Assembly (NCBI GenBank): GCA_964637885.1
Contig: CAZWXO010000003.1
Coordinates: 5 to 64,004 of the forward strand
DNA: 64,000 nucleotides
Direction of reading: 5' to 3'
From: an uncultured bacterium
GTDB taxonomy: Bacteria; Bacillota; CAZWXO01
Numbering within the stretch: the stretch's first letter is position 1; each line of letters opens with the position of its first letter. Under the pieces are notes generated by a model, which had not been told where the DNA came from, searched no databases, and saw nothing but the letters and a program-made list of their open reading frames with translations. Shown here in pieces: positions 47,880 through 56,382 of the stretch. A program made the translations under genes and the position numbers.

Positions 47880-49481
47880 ATGATGCGCTCACTTTTTTCC
47901 GGTGTCTCTGGACTCCGGAATCATCAAACGCGGATGGACGTTATCGGCAACAATATTGCCAACGTCAATACCGTTGGTTTTAAACGCTCAAGAGTTAATT
48001 TTCAGGATATGCTTTCCCAGAATTTTCGCAGCGCTACCCGACCCCAGGACAATCGGGGTGGCACCAATCCAATGCAGGTAGGTCTGGGGATGAGCGTTGC
48101 CAGTATCGATACAATTCATACACCAGGTAGTGCCCAGAACACAGGGAAGGAAACGGATTTAACGATTCAGGGGGATGGCTTTTTCGTCGTTAAGAACGGC
48201 AACACCCCATACTACACCCGTAACGGAGCCTTTGACTTTGATACGGATGGCAATCTGGTTTCCACGTCTAACGGGTTTTTTGTCCAGGGATGGATGAAGG
48301 ATGCCGCTGGGGTTATCGACACCACCCAGCCGACTAACAACCTCAAACTCGTGGTCGGGCAGCCGATGCCTGCCCAGAAGACAACCGAGTTCAATCTGGA
48401 GAAGAATCTGCAGGTGTGGAACAACGATATGTTGACGATGGAGGAAATAGGCGTTGATGGAACTACGCCTCCAACTACGCCCGATTCTTCGATAAAATTG
48501 GTCCCCACTGGGACTGCAAACCAATTTAGAGTTGTTTTCACGAATACTGGTGCACAAACAGATGGCCCAGATGGACCTCTATTGATTACATTACGTGAAA
48601 ATGGGCGTATTGCCTCAATTACTAACTCAACTATTGTTGGAGGGAGTACGATAGAAATTAATCCTGCATTCGATCCCGATGATGATACTGACCCTTTATA
48701 TGATTTGACAATCGCTCAATTAAATTTTAGTCAAATTTTAGAATCGTCTAATGATGCTGCTGTCACATTATCTACCTCAACAGACATGATAGCTGTTACT
48801 CACCCTTATTCTGTCAAGCAACGGATTTTTGACTCGTTAGGGCGGGATTATGACGCGGTTTTGACTTTTACGCCGGTCAATGATACAACATGGACGACAT
48901 CAATGACGATTGATGGATTGCCTCCAAATGAACCAGCGACTCCTGCGGACTTCCCCGCTCTGACTTTTACTAGCAATGGTTTGTACAGTTCGGGCAATTT
49001 TAGTGTTGAATTTCGCGTTGGGCCGACGACTAACGATGTTATCACCTTTGATGTCAACTTTGATAAAGTCACCCAGTACAACACCGACTTCACTATTTAT
49101 GCCAACCAGGACGGTTATGAGCCAGGCTCGCTGGACAGCTTCAATATCGATGGCAACGGCCTGATCACCGGGGAGTTTTCTAACGGCGTCAATACTCCCA
49201 TTGGGAAAATTGCGATGTCGGTCTTTAATAACCCGGGGGGTCTCCGCAAAGAAGGTGACTCGCTGTACTACCCCTCAAATAATTCCGGCGATCCCCAGGT
49301 GGGGACGGCGGGGACCGGGGGCCGGGGGCTGATGATTTCCAGCTCCCTGGAGATGTCCAATGTGGATTTGTCGGAAGAATTCACGAACATGATTATTACA
49401 CAGAGAGGTTTTCAGGCTAATTCGAGAATCATTACCACCTCCGATGAAATGTTACAAGAACTTGTCAATTTGAAACGGTAA
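47880..49481 (+). CDS. flgE: Flagellar hook protein FlgE.
   Basis: The N-terminal FSGVSGL..H....DVIGNNIANVNTVGFK and the C-terminal GFQANSRIITTSDEMLQELVNLKR motif are present. Confidence 0.9.
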   Translation: MMRSLFSGVSGLRNHQTRMDVIGNNIANVNTVGFKRSRVNFQDMLSQNFRSATRPQDNRGGTNPMQVGLGMSVASIDTIHTPGSAQNTGKETDLTIQGDGFFVVKNGNTPYYTRNGAFDFDTDGNLVSTSNGFFVQGWMKDAAGVIDTTQPTNNLKLVVGQPMPAQKTTEFNLEKNLQVWNNDMLTMEEIGVDGTTPPTTPDSSIKLVPTGTANQFRVVFTNTGAQTDGPDGPLLITLRENGRIASITNSTIVGGSTIEINPAFDPDDDTDPLYDLTIAQLNFSQILESSNDAAVTLSTSTDMIAVTHPYSVKQRIFDSLGRDYDAVLTFTPVNDTTWTTSMTIDGLPPNEPATPADFPALTFTSNGLYSSGNFSVEFRVGPTTNDVITFDVNFDKVTQYNTDFTIYANQDGYEPGSLDSFNIDGNGLITGEFSNGVNTPIGKIAMSVFNNPGGLRKEGDSLYYPSNNSGDPQVGTAGTGGRGLMISSSLEMSNVDLSEEFTNMIITQRGFQANSRIITTSDEMLQELVNLKR

Positions 49482-49493
49482 TTAAATAATCAC

Positions 49494-49541
49494 CCCGGGT
49501 GTGGCGCTCGAATAATTTTTCAAGCCATGCCCGGGATTTTG
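49494..49541 (+). terminator. Stem-loop plus U-tract directly after flgE. It is a candidate intra-operon attenuator.
   Basis: CCCGGGTGTGGC ... GCCATGCCCGGG forms a 12-bp stem with two G.U pairs and an 18-nt loop, followed by AUUUUGUG. Confidence 0.35.
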
Positions 49542-49641
49542 TGCTAAAAAAGATGCAGGAATTTCCGTAAAATTAGGAGTATAATAGTAGCGAGCTATGC
49601 CGCCTTGGCTAGCAACAATATCAGCAAAGGAGAATCCAAGG

Positions 49642-50094
49642 ATGGATAATAGAGGCTTCGCCAAAATTTTAATAATAGTCATCATTGTGTTGGTGCTTCT
49701 AATCGTTATTGGAGGAGCAGCGGCGGTTTATTTTCTCTTTTTTCGGTCGGGAGAAGAATCACCGATTGAGAAAAGACCCGATCCGATGATAGTTCATCAA
49801 CTAAGGAAGGGTAGCAATTTCCGTGTCAATGTCGCGGAATCAAACTATTCTGTATTTCTTTTAGCATCTGTCAGCCTTGGTTATTCGGAGAAAAAGCTGG
49901 GCAAAGAACTTGTCAGCCGTCAGGTGCAAATCGAAGACATTGTTGAAAGCGTCCTTTCATCATGGACTTTAGAAGAGTTTGCTGAGGATGCGGAGCGGAG
50001 CAATTTAAAAAAAGAAATAGTGGATAAGGTGAACGGGGTCTTGAAAAAGGGAGAAATAGAGGATGTCTATATAACTGAATTTATCATACAATAG
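49642..50094 (+). CDS. fliL: Flagellar basal body-associated protein FliL.
   Basis: It has a single N-terminal TM helix (ILIIVIIVLVLLIVIGGAAAVYFLFF) and the FliL size. The start is ATG 49642 after AAGGAGAAT. The longest ORF begins at 49597. Confidence 0.8.
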   Translation: MDNRGFAKILIIVIIVLVLLIVIGGAAAVYFLFFRSGEESPIEKRPDPMIVHQLRKGSNFRVNVAESNYSVFLLASVSLGYSEKKLGKELVSRQVQIEDIVESVLSSWTLEEFAEDAERSNLKKEIVDKVNGVLKKGEIEDVYITEFIIQ

Positions 50095-50131
50095 TGCTTA
50101 GAAGTATTGACACACAAGGAGGTGATGCCGG

Positions 50132-51139
50132 TTGGCCGAAATTCTGACCCAGGAAGAGATTGATACTCTATTACAAGCTCTGTCCAGTGGTGAAATCATG
50201 GCAGAGACGATGCAGCAGGAAGAAGAGGAGCGGCGGGTCAAGAGTTACGATTTCCGGCGTCCTGATAAGTTTTCTAAAGAGCAGATCCGCACTTTGAGTA
50301 TGATTCATGATAATTTCTCTCGCAGCGTCAGCACGACCTTGGCGACGAAATTGCGTTCGATGGTGGAAGCCAGGGTGGCGTCTGTCGACCAGATGCCTTA
50401 TGCTGAATTTACGCGCTCGATGCCTAATCCGACAAGTCTGTGTATCTTTGAGGTACCACCGCTTGAAGGTAATGCGGCGATTGAGTTAAACCCGAACCTT
50501 GTCTTTACGATTATTGATCGTTTACTTGGGGGAACAGGGTCGTCAGCTATTAAGAATCGTCCGCTGACTGAAATCGAGCTTTCAGTTATTGAGAAGATAG
50601 TGCAAAGTTTTCTTGGTAGCTTGAAAGATGCATGGGAAAACGTTGTTTCATTTAAACCGAAGCTAAAAATGGTCGAGGCCAATCCCTTGTTTGCTCAGCT
50701 AGTGCCTCCCAATGACATGGTTGTTTTGATCACTATCATTTCCCGGATCGGGGATGTCGAGGGCATGATTAACGTCTGTATTCCCTATAGTGTTCTCGAG
50801 CCTGTTATCAATAAGTTGACGGCGCAGTTTTGGTTTTCCACGGATGTTAAAGAATCTTCGCCGGAGCATCTTTTAAAGATCCAAAAACGGCTGGAGAAAG
50901 CGCAGGTCCCTGTTATTGTGCATCTAGGAAATGCGCGGATAACTGTGCGAGAGCTCATTGAGTTACAGCCTAAGGATGTCATTCAGCTGGAAAAAACTGC
51001 CGAAGATGACTTGGATGTTATGGTTGGAACTCACGTCAAATTTAGGGGACGACCTGGTGTTTTTGGTAATAAAATGTCTGTCCAGATAACGGAAAACTAT
51101 CTGGAAGAGGTTATGGGAAAGGAGGAAGATGATGGGTAA
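50132..51139 (+). CDS. fliM: Flagellar motor switch protein FliM.
   Basis: The N-terminal CheY-P binding peptide LTQEEIDTLL and a CheC-like middle domain are present. The start is TTG 50132 after AAGGAGGTG. Confidence 0.9.
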   Translation: MAEILTQEEIDTLLQALSSGEIMAETMQQEEEERRVKSYDFRRPDKFSKEQIRTLSMIHDNFSRSVSTTLATKLRSMVEARVASVDQMPYAEFTRSMPNPTSLCIFEVPPLEGNAAIELNPNLVFTIIDRLLGGTGSSAIKNRPLTEIELSVIEKIVQSFLGSLKDAWENVVSFKPKLKMVEANPLFAQLVPPNDMVVLITIISRIGDVEGMINVCIPYSVLEPVINKLTAQFWFSTDVKESSPEHLLKIQKRLEKAQVPVIVHLGNARITVRELIELQPKDVIQLEKTAEDDLDVMVGTHVKFRGRPGVFGNKMSVQITENYLEEVMGKEEDDG

Positions 51140-52388
51140 GGGCATGCTTTCGCAAGAAGAAATAGATGCTTTATTAAATCCTGATTCGGCAGCGGATAAT
51201 ACAACCTTTCCCGAAGCTGAGATCCCGATGGATTTGATGACGGAGAATTTACCCGGATCTGGTGGAGGTGGAGGTGGATCTTCGTCTGACGTTTTAACTC
51301 CACAAGAGATCGATGTTTTGGGCGAGATTGGCAATATGTCAATGGGGAGCTCAGCAACGGTGCTTTCCCAGTTAGTTAACGACAAGGTGCAGATTACAAC
51401 GCCCCAGGTAAGTACGATTACCATGGGTGAATTGCGCGAAATGTACTCAACTCCTTATCTAGCTGTGGTCGTCGAGTACGTTCATGGCCTTGAAGGTCAA
51501 AATTTGCTAATCATGGATATGACCGATGCTGCCAGGATTGTTGACTTACTGATGGGTGGGGACGGTCAAGACGTTTCTATCGAGTTTGACGAAGTCAGGA
51601 CAAGCGCAATTAGTGAGATTATGAATCAGATGATGGGGTCGGCGGCTACCTCGATGTCAACTTTGTTTTCGAGGCGCATCGATATCTCACCACCTTATGT
51701 GCGGGTTTTTAATTTCGGTAGCGAAGATATCAACGAGCTTCTCAAGGATCCGCAGGAAATTGTCGCCCGGATTAAATTTGACATGCATGTCGGTGATTTG
51801 GTGCATAATGATATCATGCTTTTATTGCCGATTCATTTTGCCAAAGATATGGTGCAGTACTTTGTCCAGGGTAGTCAGCCAGCTCCACAGGCAGCAGCGC
51901 CTCCGCCAACTGCTCCGGCGGTTCCGCCGCCGGCTCCGCCTCAGGCTGCAGCCCCACCTCAGGCTGCGATACCGCAGCAGCAGGCACCACCTCCGGGTAT
52001 GCCTCCACCTGGAGCTTATCAGCAGCAGCCCCAGGCTTATGGCGCACCCTCCGGCTATTACGATGCCAGTGTGCCAGTGCAACCGGTGCAGTTTCAAAAT
52101 TTGCAGGTTTCTGGAGGAGTCGCTCTTCCGAAGAATATCGACATGATTTTAGATGTCCCGATGCAAGTGACGGTTGAACTTGGGAGAACCAGAAAATATA
52201 TTCGAGAAATACTTGAGTTTAACAAGGGTTCTATAATAGAATTAGATAAGCTTGCTGGCGAGCCGGTAGATATTTTAGTAAACGGCAAACTTATCGCCAA
52301 GGGTGAGGTTGTTGTCATTGATGAGAACTTTGGCGTCAGAGTAACTGAAATCATCAGTACGGTTGAACGGGTGGCAAATTTGCAATGA
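51129..52388 (+). CDS. fliY: Flagellar motor switch phosphatase FliY (a CheC-like plus FliN fusion).
   Basis: It has an N-terminal LSQEEIDALL peptide, CheC-like repeats and the C-terminal FliN SpoA domain (VELGRTRKYIREILEFNKGSIIELDKLAGEPVDILVNGKLIAKGEVVVIDENFGVRV). A Pro/Ala/Gln-rich linker of about 75 aa joins the domains. Confidence 0.85.
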   Translation: MMGKGMLSQEEIDALLNPDSAADNTTFPEAEIPMDLMTENLPGSGGGGGGSSSDVLTPQEIDVLGEIGNMSMGSSATVLSQLVNDKVQITTPQVSTITMGELREMYSTPYLAVVVEYVHGLEGQNLLIMDMTDAARIVDLLMGGDGQDVSIEFDEVRTSAISEIMNQMMGSAATSMSTLFSRRIDISPPYVRVFNFGSEDINELLKDPQEIVARIKFDMHVGDLVHNDIMLLLPIHFAKDMVQYFVQGSQPAPQAAAPPPTAPAVPPPAPPQAAAPPQAAIPQQQAPPPGMPPPGAYQQQPQAYGAPSGYYDASVPVQPVQFQNLQVSGGVALPKNIDMILDVPMQVTVELGRTRKYIREILEFNKGSIIELDKLAGEPVDILVNGKLIAKGEVVVIDENFGVRVTEIISTVERVANLQ

Positions 52389-52406
52389 TAGACAGGAGGT
52401 CATAGA

Positions 52407-52772
52407 ATGGCATCTAAAATCCTTATCACAGATGATGCAGCCTTTATGAGGATGATGCTCAAGGACATTCTATCCAAGAATGGATACGAGATTGTCGGGG
52501 AGGCGGCGAATGGTTCAGAAGCCGTCTTAAAGTATCAAGAATTAGCGCCGGATTTAGTCACAATGGACATCACAATGCCTGAAATGGATGGAATCAGCGC
52601 CGTAAAGGAGATTAAAAAACAGGATCCTAAGGCAGTGATAGTGATGTGTTCGGCGATGGGGCAGCAGTCAATGGTTATTGAGGCAATTCAATCAGGAGCG
52701 AAGGACTTTATTGTTAAGCCATTTCAGCCAGAACGGGTAATAGATGCTGTGCAAAGGGCGTTGACGTCGTGA
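52407..52772 (+). CDS. cheY: Chemotaxis response regulator CheY.
   Basis: The 121-aa receiver domain carries the DD...D...T...K pattern (ILITDDAAFMR, VTMDITMP). Confidence 0.9.
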   Translation: MASKILITDDAAFMRMMLKDILSKNGYEIVGEAANGSEAVLKYQELAPDLVTMDITMPEMDGISAVKEIKKQDPKAVIVMCSAMGQQSMVIEAIQSGAKDFIVKPFQPERVIDAVQRALTS

Positions 52773-53410
52773 GTTCCGACGGGAAGACCTGGCAGCGGGT
52801 TTTTCTGTTGGGGGCGTTATTTTTTGTTTTTTGTTTGTTTATGGCTCCAGAGTTATGTTGGGCGGTTCCTGGTGAGGCAACTCCCGGGGCGGTTATAGTA
52901 TCTGAATACGAAAATCCGGTTTCTAATCGTCCCAGCTTGTTCATGGACTTTGTCAAGCTGGTTTTTTCGTTGGTTATTGTTATTTTGCTGGCATACATTT
53001 TAGTTCGCGTCTTGGGAAAAAAGATTAAAAGAATACAGCAGGGAGATCATATTGAGATTATTGACTCGATGCCCCTCGGTGTCAACCGTGGCATCCATAT
53101 TATTTATGCTGCTAATAAATATCTGATTGTCGGAATAACAGAGCATAGCATCAACTTGCTGGGGGAAGTCGAGGATGAGGAGCAGCTAGAAGAATTGGCG
53201 GGGAAACGAATGATGGCACAGGGGGAAATGGATTTTCGTTTATCTCCTATCAATTGGCAGCGTTTTTATCCTTTAAACCAAAAAGGTTTGAGCGCAGACA
53301 AAAAAGAAGAGGGGGACATCGTGGAAGAAATGGAATCCACCTTTAATCAGCAGTACAATAGTTTGCAGTCAATTCGAAAACGTATCGGTAAGGGGGATCG
53401 TCATGAGTAA
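52769..53410 (+). CDS. fliO: Flagellar biosynthesis protein FliO (FliZ in Bacillus nomenclature).
   Basis: Position is the main argument: it lies between cheY and fliP. It has TM helices and a FliO-like core. Confidence 0.65.
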   Translation: MSSDGKTWQRVFLLGALFFVFCLFMAPELCWAVPGEATPGAVIVSEYENPVSNRPSLFMDFVKLVFSLVIVILLAYILVRVLGKKIKRIQQGDHIEIIDSMPLGVNRGIHIIYAANKYLIVGITEHSINLLGEVEDEEQLEELAGKRMMAQGEMDFRLSPINWQRFYPLNQKGLSADKKEEGDIVEEMESTFNQQYNSLQSIRKRIGKGDRHE

Positions 53411-54170
53411 GGTGTACATGCGCAGCCTTACCGTGCTGATTGTAGGTGCGGTTTTTTTTATTACAATCCATGTCGCGGAGGCCGCCCCATTTGTTTTTCC
53501 GCAGATAACAGTGGGTGCAGAGCAAGTCGATTCCCCAACAGAGACTGCGACCTCGATGCAAATTTTATTTCTTTTGACAATTTTATCTCTCGCTCCGGCC
53601 ATAATGATTATGGTGACCTCTTTCACACGAATTATTATTGTCTTGTCGTTTGTCCGAAGTGGTCTCGCTACACAACAGATGCCACCGAATCAAGTTTTAG
53701 TAGGCTTGGCATTGTTTATGACCTTCTTTATCATGATGCCTGTTTATCAGGAGGTGGACGAGACCGCTATCAAGCCCTATATGGCAGGTGAGATTGCCCA
53801 GGCGGAAGCCTTTGAAAAAGGGATCAAGCCGCTCCGGGATTTTATGTATCTGCAGACCCGGGAAAAAGACATTGCGCTTTTTGCAAGTTTTGCTAATATA
53901 ACCAATCCTGAATCTATCGATGATATTCCAACTCACGTATTAATTCCATCCTTTATTATCAGTGAGCTGAAGACAGCTTTTGAAATGGGTTTTTTAATTT
54001 TTATCCCCTTTATTGTTGTGGATATGGTCGTCGCCAGTGTATTGATGTCGATGGGGATGATGATGTTGCCGCCTGTCATGATATCGTTGCCCTTTAAAAT
54101 TTTACTTTTTATCATGGTCGATGGATGGCATTTGGTTGTGCGCGCTTTGCTGATGAGTTTCGGGATGTGA
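53403..54170 (+). CDS. fliP: Flagellar export apparatus protein FliP.
   Basis: The conserved FliP block ILSLAPAIMIMVTSFTRIIIVLSFVR is present. Confidence 0.9.
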   Translation: MSKVYMRSLTVLIVGAVFFITIHVAEAAPFVFPQITVGAEQVDSPTETATSMQILFLLTILSLAPAIMIMVTSFTRIIIVLSFVRSGLATQQMPPNQVLVGLALFMTFFIMMPVYQEVDETAIKPYMAGEIAQAEAFEKGIKPLRDFMYLQTREKDIALFASFANITNPESIDDIPTHVLIPSFIISELKTAFEMGFLIFIPFIVVDMVVASVLMSMGMMMLPPVMISLPFKILLFIMVDGWHLVVRALLMSFGM

Positions 54171-54174
54171 TGAG

Positions 54175-54444
54175 ATGACACAAGAATTTGTACTTTCCCT
54201 GGGGCGAGATGCTTTGCTGACCGTACTGCTGGTGTCTGCTCCGATGCTAGGACTAGGCTTGGTTGTTGGGTTAGCAGTCAGCATTTTTCAAGCGACGACG
54301 CAAATACAGGAGCAAACCCTATCTTTCATTCCCAAGATAATCGCGATTCTCTTTGCTATTATTTTTTTCGGTGCCTGGATGCTAAATATTTTAACGGATT
54401 TTACCAGTTATTTGCTGATAAATTTGCCTTCCTTTATCAGTTAG
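54175..54444 (+). CDS. fliQ: Flagellar export apparatus protein FliQ.
   Basis: It is an 89-aa protein with two TM helices. Confidence 0.9.
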   Translation: MTQEFVLSLGRDALLTVLLVSAPMLGLGLVVGLAVSIFQATTQIQEQTLSFIPKIIAILFAIIFFGAWMLNILTDFTSYLLINLPSFIS

Positions 54445-54453
54445 GAGGCAGGA

Positions 54454-55239
54454 ATGAATGCAGAATCTGCTTTAAATTTGTTTGCTTATTTGCCATTTTT
54501 CTTACTTATTTTTGGGCGTTTGATGGGCCTTTTGTATGCCGCCCCTTTCTTTGGAAGCAGAAATATTCCTAATATGGCTCGCATCGGGTTGGCTTTTTTG
54601 GCAGCTTTCATTTTTATCCCGGTATTGATGCCATTCCGTGCTGAGCCGCCTGATATTTTCACGTGGGTCTTTTTGTTTTTGTTAGAGATTTTAGTTGGTC
54701 TGGCGATGGGATTTGTCAGCAGTCTGCTATTTTACGCAATTCAGGTAGCGGGCCAGTTTATTGATATGCAGCTAGGCTTTGGTTTTGCCAATGTTGTCGA
54801 TCCACAGTCAGGGATACAAGTGCCGGTTTTGGGTAACTATCTGCAAATCATCGCCATGCTGATTTTTTTGCTGATCAATGGCCATCACTGGCTGATTGAA
54901 GCGGTTTTTTATAGTTACCAGGCCGTGCCTTTGGGAGGAGCAACCGTTAATGGTTCGATGCCGGAAGTTATCAGTTATCTGTTTATAAATTTTTTTATTA
55001 TGGCTATTCGTATTAGCATTCCAGTAATCGGAGCGGTGATGCTGGCTGATGTCTCCTTGGGAATAATATCGCGGACAGTTCCTCAAATGAATGTTTTTAT
55101 GGTTGGGATGCCACTAAAAATAATCGTCGGTTTTTTTGTGGTGGCCCTCTCAATTCCCTTGTTTGGGCAAATCATTATCATTGGCTTTGAAGGAGTGATA
55201 GAGGATGTGTTCAGGATTTTGGGGGCACTGTCCCGATAG
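54454..55239 (+). CDS. fliR: Flagellar export apparatus protein FliR.
   Basis: The 261-aa polytopic protein has FliR-like conservation. Confidence 0.9.
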   Translation: MNAESALNLFAYLPFFLLIFGRLMGLLYAAPFFGSRNIPNMARIGLAFLAAFIFIPVLMPFRAEPPDIFTWVFLFLLEILVGLAMGFVSSLLFYAIQVAGQFIDMQLGFGFANVVDPQSGIQVPVLGNYLQIIAMLIFLLINGHHWLIEAVFYSYQAVPLGGATVNGSMPEVISYLFINFFIMAIRISIPVIGAVMLADVSLGIISRTVPQMNVFMVGMPLKIIVGFFVVALSIPLFGQIIIIGFEGVIEDVFRILGALSR

Positions 55240-55240
55240 C

Positions 55241-56365
55241 ATGGCCGCCAATGAGATTAATATAACTAGAAAATTTGTTTTTTCCTTTGATTTACAGCTT
55301 TTCGGTGGTGGCGGCGGTGAGAAAACTGAGCTTCCGACTCCAAAGCGCAAACAGGAGGCTCGCAAAAAGGGCCAAGTCCCCCACAGCAAGGAGATTAACA
55401 GCGCCGTAGTATTATTGGCAGCCTTTTTTACGTTGCGGTTTTATGGTCCTACGATGTTTGCCAATTTAAAAGACCTTTTTTATCTTTTTTATGCTGAGGC
55501 GAGTCATCCGGATGTGGCTGGGTCGTTGTGGGTGATAGTTCGAGAAGTCGTCTATTCTTTTTTAATTATTATATTGCCATTGTTAGTAGTAGTCGCCATC
55601 ACTGGTGTTTTAGTCAATGTCTTGCAGGTGGGCCCAATATTTTCAACTGAGTCACTGAGCCCCAAATTGAGTAAACTGAATCCCTTGGAGGGTTTTAAAA
55701 GGATATTTTCCAAACGCACATTAGTTGAATTGGTCAAGTCCTTGTTGAAAATTTCGATGATAATTTATATGCTTTATACTAGCATCAGGGATGAGTACCG
55801 TCTTTTTCCGGATTTGATGTTGATGGATGTTCCAACTGCAGTTTCGACTTTGGCGATGTTTATTTTCACATTGGCGGTCAAGGTAGCTGTCATGCTTTTA
55901 ATCTTGGCTGTTTTTGATCTTTTCTTCCAACGTTGGCAACACACCCAGGATTTAAAAATGTCCAAAAAGGAAATCAAGGATGAGTACAAACAAATGGAAG
56001 GCGATCCGCAGATTAAATCAAAAATAAGAGAAAAGCAGCGGCAGCTTGCTATGGGACGGATGATGCAAAATGTGCCAGGTGCAGACGTTGTTATTACCAA
56101 TCCGACCCATCTGGCGATAGCATTGTTGTTTCAGAATAAAAAGATGTCGGCTCCAATGGTTGTGGCAAAGGGTCAGGATCGAACTGCTCTCAGGATAAAA
56201 GAAATTGCCAAGGAAAACGATGTTCCCATAGTGGAAAACAAACCTTTGGCTCAAGCACTCTATAAAACCACAGAACTTGGGCAAATGATTCCGACTGAGT
56301 TATATAACGCCGTGGCTGAGGTTTTGGCTTTTGTTTACCGCTTGAAAAAGAAAAATGTAGGATGA
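55241..56365 (+). CDS. flhB: Flagellar export apparatus switch protein FlhB.
   Basis: The N-terminal EKTE.PTPKR motif and the NPTH autocleavage site (VVITNPTHLAIAL) are present. The start is ATG 55241. The longest ORF begins at 55205. Confidence 0.9.
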   Translation: MAANEINITRKFVFSFDLQLFGGGGGEKTELPTPKRKQEARKKGQVPHSKEINSAVVLLAAFFTLRFYGPTMFANLKDLFYLFYAEASHPDVAGSLWVIVREVVYSFLIIILPLLVVVAITGVLVNVLQVGPIFSTESLSPKLSKLNPLEGFKRIFSKRTLVELVKSLLKISMIIYMLYTSIRDEYRLFPDLMLMDVPTAVSTLAMFIFTLAVKVAVMLLILAVFDLFFQRWQHTQDLKMSKKEIKDEYKQMEGDPQIKSKIREKQRQLAMGRMMQNVPGADVVITNPTHLAIALLFQNKKMSAPMVVAKGQDRTALRIKEIAKENDVPIVENKPLAQALYKTTELGQMIPTELYNAVAEVLAFVYRLKKKNVG

Positions 56366-56382
56366 GAAGAGGATAATCATTA

